A stretch of DNA of 48,876 bases from Chara braunii (taxonomy: Eukaryota; Plantae; Charophyceae): contig BFEA01000034.1 of assembly GCA_003427395.1 (NCBI GenBank), positions 5,052,690-5,101,565 of the forward strand. Reading direction: 5' to 3'. Position 1 is the stretch's first letter, and each line of letters starts with the position of its first letter. The notes below the pieces were generated by a model. The model made no database searches, was not told the DNA's origin, and saw nothing but the letters and a program-made list of their open reading frames with translations. The position numbers were made by a program, and so were the translations under genes. Shown here in pieces: positions 13,310 to 26,193 of the stretch.

Positions 13310-13943
13310 TATGAAGTCAAGTCGGGTCGAGGGGAAGCTGACGATCTCAAGGTGGAACCTGGACATGGGTGCGACGTGCAGCCGAAGATACTGGCTTGCC
13401 TTGCATCTTGCGTTTGTAGAGTGCGAGAACATCTGGAGCTGTTGCTTGGAGTTCCACACGCGTCAACCAATGGTCGGCTTTGTGGGTGCAGTACGCAAAG
13501 TGTACCAAGGAGATGATGTCGCCGACCCGACCGCTTGAAAACCGTCCATAGAGGGTGGGTCTCGCGATCGTCGCCCAGGAAAATCATCATGTTCCGCTAG
13601 CGCGTAAAGAGCCAACTTGGAGCCATGAAAAATCAGGTAGACGGGCAAGTGGGCGGGCACCTGAATGGTGAAGGAAGGTCCTTCGAGTGCATCCCCAGGG
13701 GGTGCCACGATCGGCCAGGGCCCCATCCATTTGGGGAGGAGCTTGCGATAGTGGATGCACAATCATACATCCTCGTTCTTCTTCTGTACGAAGAGAACTG
13801 GTGCTCCATATGGGGAGCTACCAGGGCGGATCCAACCCTTGTCCAACAAGTCATCGCGTTGCACGCAGAGGACTTAGCTCCTCCTCGCTCATGCGGTAAA
13901 TGCAGTCTTTCGGCGGCACGACACCGGCCTCAAGAATGATCTC
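13310..13943 (-). pseudogene. pol: Truncated pol: RT N-terminus fused to integrase C-terminus and chromodomain
   Basis: [11 protein letters not shown]...LCIHYRKL joins directly to LPKWMGPW...IFHGSKL, followed by LVHFAY...ADHWL. Confidence 0.8.
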
Positions 13944-15331
13944 CTAAGAGATCGGCAAATCTGGCACCACACCGGTAGGTGCCTCAAAAATGTCGGTGAA
14001 CTCGTCAAGCATCCACACCACACGGGGGTCTGAAAAAAAAATGTCTGTGGGTGAAGAGTCGGCTACTGCGACGGTCCGTAGGAAACATAGGCCTATCTCG
14101 TCGGGCTGCTCGTAAGCGTAAGTAGCCCGGACTGACTTGGCCATCACCACTTGGCACCAAATCGAAGGGTGCGGAAAAGGAATAGTACACGACACTTCGG
14201 TGCCGAAAGGTTTTCGAACGGTAAGAGTCCGCCGGTGAAAGTTGACCGTGTGATCCGTACTTGCAAGCTGAGGCATTCCCAAAATAACATTGAAGTCCAT
14301 GTCCAAAATGTCGAACGTCACCGATTCGCATGCATAAGGTGCAAAATACATTGGTACGGCCTCGATGTAGAGGTCGATAAGTTGTTGCGTCCTTCCGTCT
14401 GCCAACTTGATCGCCATCGGGTTTGCCTTCCTCCGAACTTGTGCGCTAAGGTCAGCCTTTTGCATAAAGGCCTGGCTCATGAAATTGTGAGACGTGCCGC
14501 TATCCAGCAAAGCGATGTAGGACGCTTGTCCAACTTGGATGCAGACATAAAGGAGCGGTGCATTGCTATCATCGTACCACTGCTTGCTTAACACGCCCCC
14601 CGACCGAAAGTATAAATGTGCTTGATGTTTGTCCTCGCTGATGTGGTGTAGCTGCAACTTGAGCTCGAACTTGTGGAACCATGGAATCGGGTCGATCTTT
14701 GTCGAATTGCAGAAGATCTCATGACCATCGAACTTTGGAGTCGTCTCGCCCTGTGCCGAACTTGGTGTGGCGGCGGCAGCAGAGTTCCGCTGCTCTAGTC
14801 GTTGCGTGGCGGCTTGTTGTAGCTTGGAGGAGTTGGCATCGAGGGCGGCGATGGGCCGTTGCTCCAGCTGCTGGAGGCGGCTGTTGAGTTGAGCTGATTG
14901 TGCGTCTGATCCGCGTCGTCGAGGCTGTGGATGTCCTCCTGTTGTGCAATGCACGTTGCCAGAAGGTTCGTGACATGGGAGAAGAGTAGAGCGATCTTGC
15001 TTTCACTCTCTTCCATCTTACCATTCTCGACCTCGGCTTGCCAGTCCGCTGCCATTGTGAGCAAAGCTCGCGCTCCGTTGAATATCTTCTCACGTCGTTG
15101 ATTTTGTTCTTCATCGGCAGCCTTTGTTGCTGCCTCGTCTTGCTGGCGCTGTTGTTCGATTCCCAACAAACGTGCCTTCTCGGCGTCCTCTGCCTTCTTT
15201 TTCTCTGCGGCCGCTACCTCATCCTCCAGTTTCTTGGATTCGGTAAACAAAGCCATCATCCGGGCCTGATAGGCCTCGGCCGTTTCCCTAGGCTTCTGAT
15301 CCATGCCGGCTGTTTGTAAGTGCGTGAGCAT
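13944..15331 (-). pseudogene. gag-pol: gag and aspartic protease of element A (frameshifted, internally deleted)
   Basis: ORFs 14795-15331 (coiled coil) and 13944-14954 (PKFDG...WFHKFE; ALLDSGTSHNFM; DFNVILGMP). Confidence 0.85.
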
Positions 15332-16233
15332 AGATCAGGCTCGAGGACTGCTGGTGTGGCATCCCTGCTGCTGACGTGGCACTGCTCGGTTGTTGATATG
15401 GCGCGACTGTCGACTGACGTGTCCTGCCGATGTAGTCTGTTGATGTGGCCTGCTGACGTGGTCTGCTGACGTGGTTGACGTGGCAACTCACCAATGTCGT
15501 CGCAGGGGATACCCAGAGACATAGAGAAGACCAGAGGGGGCAACAACATAGGTTGGAAGGGGTGGGTGGGGTAGATCGCCCAGATAAGGAGCCACTAATA
15601 AAAAAGAAAAGTTTGAACTTTGCAACAAAATTTGAGAGACAAAAAAGATACTCGTTTGCAAGTTTGGTAGGCCTCCAAATTCCCCCTGAAGTGCCAATGA
15701 GGAAAAAATTTCAAACTTTCATACTGCAAATGATTATCCAATAACAAAATTCCGAAAATAAAATACAAAAAAAATATTCGTAGTTACTCAGATGAGAGTA
15801 CGCGCAGTTTCGAAAATGATAATTGCAAACGGGATTTCCCATAACGTTTTCAAATCTCGAAAAACGAATGAAAACAAAAAATAAAAATAAAAAATTCCGG
15901 ATAAATAACGGGAAATTGCAAAAGGAAATTGAAATTTCCGAAAAAAAAATATTTCGGATTTCCAACAACTGAATTTCGAATTTTCCGAAGAAAAACGAAA
16001 ACGGAAATTTCAGGTGTTGTGCTATTGCGATTTTCCACAAGAGAAACAGCGGGAAAACAAAATCCAAGAAAAGGAAAAAAAAGTTCAATATTCGGCAGTT
16101 AGGTCAGAATCGTGATTTTAGGGCTAATTACTATGCTCTAATCATCAAACAATCAAAACTAATTAACTGCTTAGTCCCCACACACGTGTCAGATCAACCT
16201 CTCCTGATTCACGTGCGGTGTTCCGATACGAAC

Positions 16234-18183
16234 TGTTACATGTCCATTTGGGCGATGTACATATACAACCAAGAATCCGTAATATGATGAAAAGGATTGA
16301 ATGGACAATTTAGTGCTATTGGAATCTCAACAAGCAGAGTACATCCTGATACATACAAAAATGACACTTTGTAGCGCAGTGGAAGACTTAGATATAAGCC
16401 CTGACCTGACCGGGACCGACCTCCCTCACGTAGTACACGACAGCGTAGCGAAATGCTAGAATACCAATGACTAGCCCAATCAATGATGCAATGCGGACCA
16501 AACATACACCATCCTCATCACAAGGTGTGAAGGGGGGTCTAGCGCTACACAAAGGAAGACCGCGCCAGGTCCAGACCATCACAGACGAAGCGGAGGAGAT
16601 CAGACGAAGAAGAGGGGGAAGATGGCAATGTCGTGAACACCAAGTCTTCGGTACAAGTCCCAGATAATCCCTCGTCAAATGTCTGAAGCCCAATGTCGAG
16701 TCTGGACCAAATGTCACGGATCCCGCTCTGTCGTAGTCTGCTGATGCAGTGAAGTCAAGGAGCGACAGGGTGAGAGGGAAATGGTGGACTGAGAACAGGA
16801 AGGAAAAAAACTTTCTCTCTCTCTCTATCATGTGCCAGATACTAACCTGTGAAGATGGCGGTGTGCTGCAGGTACCTCAAAGATGAAGCTGGAGCTATGG
16901 AGCGGCAGGTAAGTCACCCTGGCCTCTGCCCAATCTCTCTCTCTCTCCAGTACTACTCTAACTCTTATTAGCGCCCAATGCTGAAGACTACTGCTAACGC
17001 TACTACTACTACTACTGCAGAGAGATGGTTAACGGGTGCATATATTTTCATGTCTCCTTTCAAGGCAGTTCAACCACTTTAGGTTACTACACCACTTTCA
17101 GATTGTGTGTGAATCTATACATGGGGTTGTTTGAAACCGCGTTCAGGCAGTTTAGCTGCTTCAGGTTTATACACCACTTTCAGATTGTCTACAGATCCAT
17201 TGCAAATGGTGGGATGCGGGTACCTGAAACCCCTTTCAGAAGCTTCTGCCACTTTAGCGGTCTCAGGTCCCCACCTGAGATTCCTGAAATGACCTGAAGT
17301 GGCTGAAGCTTCTAAAAGGGGTTTCAGGTTCCCCCATCCAACCATTTGGATGGGGGTACCTGAAACCCCATTCAGAAGCTTCATCCACTTCAGCGGTTTC
17401 AGGTCCCCACCTGAAATTCCTGAAACGACCTGAAGTGGCTGAAAAAACAGGCAAAAAAAAAAAAAAAAAAAAAAAAACCCATAAAACTTGTCCTTCAAAC
17501 CACCCGAAACTTCTTAAATGACATGAAGTGTTTTTAGGCCATTTCAGCGGTTTCAGATCACTTCAGAATCTTTCATTCTGAAATTTCAGGTGGCCCGCTA
17601 GTAATACTGTAGCGCTACTCCAAAGTGCTGCTGCCGAATCCCGAAGACTACCTCTTGCCTGCTGAACTGCATGTGAAGTGCCTGGGAAGTTCCTATGAGC
17701 TACCTGCAGCCTACAGGGCGGGCCAATCTTATATAGTGTTGGCCCGTCCAGGAGGCTGCTTTTGCCAATGCCAAAACGTGCCAGACCCTGGCGTTGAAGC
17801 TTAAACAAAGGTTGTCTTGAAAACAGGCCCAAAATGGTCTGTGCTAAAACCCTGGTCTGGTTGAAGCTTAAACAAAGGTTGTCTTGAAAACAGGCCCAAA
17901 ATGGTCTGTGCTAAAACCCTGGTCTGGTGCCTAAGTTTCAGGGAAGTCGATTTTATGAGGGGCTGAAAATGGTCCTCCGTTTCAGGCTGAAAATAATCAG
18001 GGCCTGGAGGGCCCTGTTTTAGCCTTTAGGTTGACACGACACAGGGCCTGTAGGCCCTTGTTTTCAGGCTTTCAAACTGAAACGACACAGGGCCTGTAGA
18101 CCCTTGTTTTCAGGCTTGCAGGCTGAAAACGACACGGGCCTGAAAATGGCCTGTGCACCCTATTGCAGGCGTAACATGTAACA
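16234..18183 (-). repeat. 3' LTR of Ty3/Gypsy element B (contains an insertion and a ~67-bp tandem duplication)
   Basis: TGTTACA...TGTAACA termini; PPT starting at 18184; aligns with LTR A except for 17021-17601 and a duplication at ~17793-17927. Confidence 0.9.
17021..17601. mobile_element. MITE-like insertion in LTR B with many CCTGAAA/TTTCAGG repeats
   Basis: Absent from LTR A; flanked by the imperfect duplication TACTACTGCAG / TAATACTGTAG. Confidence 0.65.
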
Positions 18184-20008
18184 CCCCCCCTCCTTATGAA
18201 GTGAAGCCGGGTCGAGGGCAAAGCTGTTGATCTGAAGGTGGAACCTAGACGCGGGTGTGACGTGGAGCCAAAGATACCGGCTTGCCTTGCATCTTGCTTT
18301 CGTAGCATGCGAGAACATCTGGAGCTGTTGCTTGAAGTTGCGCATGGGTCAACCAACGGTCGACTTTGTGGGTGCCGTACGCAAAGTGTACTAAGGAGAT
18401 GATGCCGCCGACCTCTTGAAAACCGTCCATAGAGGGTGGGTCTCACGATCGTCGCCCGGGAAAACCATCATGTTCCGCTGGCATGGAAAGAGCCAACTTG
18501 GAACAATGAAAGACCGGGTAGACGGGCAAGTGGGCGGGCACCTGAATGGTGAAGGAAGGTCCTTCAAGTGCATCCCCAGCGGGTGCCACGATCCGCCAAG
18601 GCCCCATCCATTTCGGAAGGAGCTTGTGGTAGTCAATGCACATTCGTAGATCCTTGTTCTTCTTTCGTATGAAGAGAATTGGTCCTCCATATGGAGAGCC
18701 ACCAGGGCGGATCCAGCCCTTGTCCAACAAATCATCGCGTTGCCAGTGGAGGACCGTAAGCTCCTCCTCGCTCATGCAGTAAATGCAGCCTTCCGGCGGC
18801 ACGACACAGGCCTCAAGAATGGTCTCGTGACTCGTGAGAGATTGGCCGATCCGGCACCACAACGATATGTGACTCGAAAATGTCGGTGAACTCGTTAAGC
18901 AACCGCATTACACGGGGGTCCGGAGACAAGTCCGTGGGTGAAGAGTCGGCTACCGCGACGATCCGTAGGAAGCATAGGCCTATCTCGTCGGGCTGCTCAT
19001 AAGCNCAAGTANCCCGGAATGACTTGGCCGTCACCACTTTGCAGCGGATCGAAGGGTGCGAAAGAGGAATAGTACACGACACTTCAGCACTAAGCGTCCT
19101 GAACAGTAAGAGTCCACCTGTGGAAGTTGACCGTGGGATCCGCACTTGCAAGCCAAGGCATTCCCAAAATAACGTCGAAGTCCATATCCAAAATGTCGAA
19201 CGTCACCGGTTTGCATACATGAGGTGTGAAATACACTGATACGGCCTCGATGTAGCGGTCGATAAGTTGTTGCGTCCTTCCGTCCTCCAACTTGATCGCC
19301 ATCGGGTTTGCCTTCCTCCGAACTTGTGCGCTAAGGCCAACCCTTTGCACAAAGGCCTGGCTCATGAAATTGCGAGACGCGCCGCTATCCAGCAAAGCGC
19401 TGTAGGACGCTTGCCCAACTTCGATGCGGACATAAAGGAGCGGTGCGTTGCTGTCATCATACCGCTGCTTGCTTAACTCGCGGGCCACCTTGGTAACATA
19501 CGCAAGGATGTCCCCCACCGCAGCTTCATCCTCCGTGGGCGAAGTTGGTGGTGAATAGAAGGATAGATACGTGTGAAGATGAGCGCATAATGTTGCGCAT
19601 TGTGGTCCCGACAAACGGTCAGTGGTCGGGAAGGAAGCCATGCGAAATCCTTGGACGTGAGCGGGTCCAATACCTCTATGTTGAACTCGTGCGCCGAATC
19701 CCGTGAAGAACCACTTGAAGACGAAAAGTTGCAGCTGCCGGACGGGAAAATGTCGCACACACATCTTGTCCTTGAGCATGAGTACCCAACGTAGGAACGA
19801 GCCGGGCAGCATAGTCCTCATAAGAATCTAGAAGAGGAGGACTATCGACTTCCCCATGTGCCTCAGAACGAAGGGTGGTCACTCGCGAAGCGACCGGTTC
19901 CGAAGGCGTCAAGAGTGTTGTCGACTCACTCCCGGCGGTGCTTAGTTTTCCGATTTGCCTTTGCCTTTCAACGGGCAGCCCACTGTGTCGTGGAGATCGC
20001 TGTTACAC
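18184..20008 (-). mobile_element. pol: Internal region of non-autonomous Ty3/Gypsy element B, cut by a MITE and a gap
   Basis: ORF 19090-19821 (ALLDSGASRNFM, DFDVILGMPWL) and ORF 18443-18862 (GWIRP..SPYGGPILF..KK..LRMCIDYHKL|LPKWMGPW). Confidence 0.88.
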
Positions 20009-20455
20009 CATAGCTATGTATCCCCAGCGGCCGCGGTCACCGCGGGCATGACCGCTGCGGGCGCAGTCGAAATCGGCACTCTGTGGCCAAGGGGAGGGGG
20101 GTCCTACCGATCGGGGTCGGGATTCCGGCGGCGCGAACAGGACCCCACCCCCACCCATTGAAAAAAAAGAAAAAGATAAAAAAATGGGGGGGCCCATTTT
20201 GGGGGGGGAGTAATGGACCCCCTCTTTATTTTTTTTACTTTTCTGTTTTCCGTTTAATTAGGCGATTGCGCAGTTTTTTATTGATCATTTTTTTTTTTTT
20301 TTTTTTGNNNNNNNNNNNNNNNNNNNNNNNNNNNNNNNNNNNNNNNNNNNNNNNNNNNNNNNNNNNNNNNNNNNNNNNNNNNNNNNNNNNNNNNNNNNNN
20401 NNNNNNNNNNNNNNNNNNNNNNNNNNNNNNNNNNNNNNNNTGATTGATTGATTGG

Positions 20456-20492
<37 letters not shown>

Positions 20493-20560
20493 GGGGGAGG
20501 GGTCGGCCCCCCCCCCCGGCACACACAAACACACAAACACACACACACATATACACATAT
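20009..20560. mobile_element. MITE-like insertion starting CATAGCTATGTATCCCC, spanning the gap at 20308-20440
   Basis: Abrupt end of Gypsy sequence; terminus related to 322-339. Right end not determined. Confidence 0.45.
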
Positions 20561-22038
20561 ACCCTCTTTATTATTATTATATATTTTTTATTATTATTAT
20601 TTTTTATATATTTTTATAAAAATAAATTTTAAAATATGAAATAATAATTAATAAACTAGTAAAATAAAATTTAGTTTTGGATAATTAATTAAATATTAAA
20701 AATATATATATATTTTTTAAAATAAATAATAAATTAAAAATTAAAAATTAAAAAATTAAAATTAAAATTTTTTAAGTAAAAAATAAAATTAAAAATTAAA
20801 AAAAAAACTTTTTATAAATCAATAAATAAATTATCAAATTTTATTTTATTTTTTTGTTTTTTTTAAATTATCTTTAATTTTTGTAAATAAAAATTAAAAA
20901 AAGTAATAACCATATAAATAGATATTCTTCTTCTTCCCGTTAATTAAAAAATAGAGACTGTTTTCACGTGCCCTGAAAATTTGAAGAATACCATTCCAGC
21001 TAGATTGTAGGTATGCATCTCGTAAAATACACAACATCCTTGGACTAACCCCTGAAGACTAGAACACAACGTCGGTCTACGACAATTGCTTCATCGGTCC
21101 GAACCGACACAAACGCCACTCTGAAGACAACGACACTACAGAAAAGACAAACAAGAAAAGCAACTTTTCCTACGTACTCCATAGCTAATGCTTCACGCGT
21201 ACAACAAAATACTGCACAGAGGCCTACACAGAATACAGAAAAGACAAAACTGAAAGATCCTAGGTGTTCATACATCCCTTACGGAGAAGCTACGAGACAA
21301 ACGCAGTAGAAGATACGTTGAAAGCCCACTTCGACCTACAGTCAAAATCCATACCCTCCTCCTACATTACACCCATACGTACTCCGCCAAACACAAATTT
21401 CATACAATCGTAACCCCGAACAGAGCTAATACAAGGATAATATACCCCCCCCCACATGACAAGCTATCACACAGTAGCCTTCAACAAATATACTAAGCAG
21501 ATCATACCTACCCCCTACACAAAGGATACCCCCATTATGAAAGCGATTCCCAAACAAACATACATGGCATCACCTACCCCCCCAAAGAAATGCTCCAACT
21601 ACACAGCCCGCCTTCATACCCGTGCATTTCAATACCTGCAATTAAGAGTAACACACGCACTACGAAATTATTGCTTTTTATACACACTCGGATATGCTCA
21701 CAAACGCAAGCACACGCATCCTCCCACTGCTATGCTCAAACACCTTTGTTCCTCGTCCTGACACTCTTCTTCTTCCTGTAACTCGAGTCCCCGCTACATT
21801 AGTGAACGAGCTCGTCTGCTCGCGTGCTGCATCGGGTTCCATAGCCTGTCCTCACGCACCACAATGAGTCTTCGCAGTGCTTACATTGTTACCAGCTGAC
21901 GGTACGCTACGGTTACATCTCCAGCTATGGCGACATCTGACATCCCTGTGACACAAGCCATGACAGCTCAGGTGAGACTCGCTAACCGTTGCCCACCCCC
22001 TCCCCCACCCCTTCTTAACAGGAGCCTACTAAGCTAAC

Positions 22039-22089
22039 CCCTCTGATGAGCTGCTATGGGTGCTAGGCGGCAAAAAGCGCGCTTAAGGG
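22039..22089 (+). ncRNA. Degenerate minimal type I hammerhead ribozyme
   Basis: CCCU CUGAUGA GCUGCU...GGCGGC AAAA AGCGCGCU UA AGGG. The GAAA box reads AAAA, consistent with CpG decay. Confidence 0.7.
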
Positions 22090-23275
22090 CATACATCCCC
22101 CCTATGGTTGGGTTTTTTTCCTAAAAAAAACCTCTCCTAACCCCTTAACTCTAACAGCTCCGATCTGCTTACATCATGGTGTTGTGTGTCTGCTGTGTGT
22201 GACTAATATGGACTACATGGCTTGGTCTAATGTCCCAAAGTTTCTTTGGGATGGCTGTGTTGATACACAAACCCCCCCCCACACTCTCCCAGATCATTGA
22301 TCCTGTTGCTATGGTTGGGGTCGACTCCCCTCCACTTTAGACGTGGCCATCTGTCCAACCTAACCCTTCACCACAGATACACCATCCTAACTAAACCTAA
22401 TTCCCCAACCCACAACCCAACTACCCCCCATCCCGCCACCTTCATTTCCCCAGCTCCCCCCTCACCCCTCTCCCCACCCGCCACCTGCAACACTTATAAT
22501 CCATATGGCCACACTATATATATTCAAGTTCTCTTATGATGTTCATAACACGCTATAGCACCACAAAACTAGCATTCTTTCTTGTGATTATACATAAAAA
22601 TACACATGCATGTCATCATTTGGAAATCTATACCTACAATTACTATCTCAATATCATTGCCCAACCTCCCATACACCAGCTACTTATGTCCCCATTAGCT
22701 TTATACTCACTTCTCGCAATTTCGCTACCCCCTCTGTTTTAACATAGTAACCAAATAATAAAAATATTCAATTTATGCAGGCATATTGACTACGATAAGG
22801 CCGACGGTACTTTCACATCGATATTATTTCTGAGTACTTTGCATTGCGATGTCCTAAGCTTGTTTGTTGTCTTCAATATTCCCTGCATAATGATATGAAA
22901 GCTATAGTATCAAAATTTTTAATAACTAGTTATGCGTGATTCCATTGTGTAACCTCAGTCCGTTTTGTGTTTCTCTACTGTGGCTTAAATATAGATGATC
23001 ATTATTAATATTTTTGCGCTCGTATGACCTCAGTCTGTCTTGTTTGCTGCAATATTCCCTTCGTAATTTATTTTGTGGAAAAATGATGTATCAAAATTGT
23101 TAAAACTTAAAAACTAGGTTTGCGCTAAGTTTGGTACAGTCGATTGCCACACAATATAACGAAATCAACCCCCTCGCTATTAATGGTCCCGAACAAGACT
23201 TTACAGAAGCCCCTGTAACTAAAATTTAAACATGGGACTACGCAGCATAAACGCTACCACTTTTTAATTAGTAGC

Positions 23276-25658
23276 CATTCAATACGATGGTAAATCGTTG
23301 ATTAGGTCTACGTCGCCTACCAGACACTCGGATGGTCCTTCCTTGACAAGACCCATAACAAAGAGTAAATATTGTACAACATATGTTTGGATTAGATATC
23401 CTAGATTTAATCAAAAGCGCAATCATGTCTTTTGTGTAAAGAACATCATAGCTTATAATTTCCCGCGCTAGAAATGCATTCGGAACACTTAGTGCGTTAG
23501 AATGTAACTCTTAATGAAACACAAAACATTAACGATTAGAGAAAAATTTCCTCTCTGTTTCCATTTCACCTTTTCTCTAGCCTCGCATACTTATCTTTTT
23601 CTCAATTTTCTTTAATAGTCCACTAATGATGTATTAGGACTAATTTTAATAAATTAGGTGTCTACTTAAGTTCCATAAAAATTCCCTTGACTGTGTGGTG
23701 ACTGAGTACGAGACACATATAGCCTAGTGCTAACGATAAGTGTTTTTTGATATTTCGTAATTTTCCTAAATAAGTAAAGGATATGCGTTATGTACGTAAC
23801 TATGTAATTTTGCATCGTTTTTTATGCATTTGTTATTTTAATTCATGAACGCGAACAAAATTTTCACGAACATACATGTATATTTGCTTATTAAGATAAT
23901 GTCAGTTATCACTCTGAATTTAACAAACGAGGATTTATGTGAACGCTGGTGACATTAATTTGAGTTGCTATATTACGAATAAAGGATTTTTCGCTACTGG
24001 CAGTATAACATGCTTAGGATATCCGCCGCCTCGTAACTTATGAATTCCTCCACGTAAAAAGTATACTCGAAATATTTAAGCACTACAAATCGTGACGTAT
24101 ATTCAATACTAAACTTTATTCTTGTTTATTACCCCTAAAACATAAAATTATAAGAAAATCTTCCTAGCCCTGCTTTGTTACACCTTCTCACCTCCCTTCC
24201 TGTTGAAAGTTTTGCATTATGATATGCTAACTCGTTGCCCCCTCACGTCACCAGTCCCGTGATGATACTCCAGGAATGTTTATCAAGATTGCTTTGTTTA
24301 CGTATTTCATTTTATTATTTTTTCTAACTACACAATACATATGAATTGCCCTCGTATTCGCATCGATTTGCATCATGATTAATCCCGTCATGCATTTGAA
24401 AAGTGTTGATTAATCCGCCTATACGAATAAATATTTTCTCGTGGGTATATACATACTTAATCTTGTAATTACTATGATATTATACTATTGTATTTAAGTA
24501 TACCATATATTATCTTTCGATTGCTTCACAAACAACAGTATATGCTGGTACATGTGTTAACAAGGCACTGTAAAACATTGTACTAAGTATTGAATATCAG
24601 GATTTTATCGCAACTATCCCTGTAAACGTTCTACTGTGTCTGTGAATATAAGAATACATGATGAATGCTTTCACAATCCTGAAAACCGTTGTCCGCATAA
24701 TCGTTGTGGGCTGATACAGTGTTATTGATTCTAAGAGAATCACTGGGTTACTTGTTGTTAAGAGATTATAGCTTTTTGATCGCGTGTTAGATTATACTCC
24801 TTCAATACGATGTTAAATCGTTGATTACGGTTACGACGCCTACCCGACACTTGCATGGTCCTTACTTGGCAAGACCCATAATGAACAGTAAATATCGTAT
24901 ACTGCTTCCATTCCACCTTGTTAATGGTGCCCTGATCTTTTACTCAACTCTCGTTAATGGTGCCCTGATGATGTATTAGAACTAATATTAATAAATTAGG
25001 TCTCTACTTAAATTCTAGAAAAATTCCCTTGATTGTGTGGTGTCTGAGTACGAGACACATGTAGCCTGGTGCTAACGATAAGTGTTTGCATTATGATTGA
25101 TACTTCGTTATTTTCCTAAATAAGTAAAGGACATGCCCTGTGTACGTTATTACGTAGTTTTGCATCATTCGCTCATGCATTTGTTAGTTTAATTCATAAA
25201 CGCGAACAAGATTTTCACGTACATACGTATATATTTGATTATTAAGATAATGTCAGTTATCACTCGGATTTTAAAAAACTAGGATTTATGTGGACGCTGG
25301 TGTCATTAATTTGAGTTGCTACTTTTCCTAAAAGCAACACCCGACAGTACAATAGGCTTAGGATATCCACCGCCTCGTAACTTATGAGTTCCCCCTCATA
25401 AAGTATACTCGAAATATTTAAACACTATAAATCGTGACGCATGATCATTTGCTAAACATTAATCTTGTTATTATAAGGGAATATTCCTAACCCTGCTCTG
25501 TTACACCTTCTCACCTCCCTTCCAGTTGAAAGTTTTGCATTATGATATGCTAACTCAATGCCCCCTTCACGTCACCTGTCCCGTGATGGTATTGTAGGAC
25601 CGATTATCCATTTTGCTTTGTATAAGTGTTTCATTATGACTGATATATATATTTGTGA

Positions 25659-25695
<37 letters not shown>

Positions 25696-26193
25696 AACTA
25701 CACAATACATATGACTTACCCTTGTAATAGTCATGATTAATTCCGTCACATATTGGAAAGGTGTTGTTTAATTCTTTCATACGGATACACACTTTCGCCT
25801 ATGTGTGTACATGCTTAATCTTGTAAGTACTGTAAGTATTTTACTAATTATTATTATATCTAAATATACCATATATTATCATTCGATTTCTTCACTAACG
25901 ACTATATATGCTTGTACAGGTGATAACAAGATACTGTAAAACATTGTATTAAGTACCAGGGCTTAATCGCAATTATCCCTGTAAACGTTCTACTATGTTT
26001 GCGAATACAACAATGCATGATGTATGTTTTCACAATCCTGAGAACTGTTGTCCGCCTAGTCGTTTAGGGCTAATATTCGTATTCATAGAGATAACATTTT
26101 TTTTGAAATATATATACATATAACCTTAACGGTGTTATTGATTCCAACAGAAACACTGGGTTATTCGCTGTTAGGAAATTATAGTTTTTTTTG
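23276..26193. repeat. ~1.5-kb diverged tandem duplication (23276-24778 and 24799-26193)
   Basis: Colinear matching blocks from 'ttcaatacgatg.taaatcgttgatta' to 'gtgttattgattc...ttatag.ttttt'. Confidence 0.85.

Larger units (their letters stand above)
12054..15496 (-). mobile_element. Non-autonomous Ty3/Gypsy (chromovirus-type) LTR retrotransposon A, 5' LTR missing
   Basis: PBS-like TGGTGAGTTGCCA (15481-15493, minus), coiled-coil gag, LLDSG protease, RT start fused to integrase GPY/F tail, chromodomain-like end, PPT, LTR. Confidence 0.9.

Noticed and set aside
12054-18183. One intact LTR element bounded by the two LTRs
   Set aside because: Both LTRs abut a PPT on the same side and ~740 bp of unrelated DNA separates the PBS from the second LTR, so they are the 3' LTRs of two elements.
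21045-21100. Hammerhead at cctgaagactaga...tctacgaca
   Set aside because: No GAAA box and no closing stems.
23600-25000. C/D snoRNA cluster (TGATGA motifs)
   Set aside because: No consistent D boxes or terminal stems, and the motif is not preserved between the duplicates.
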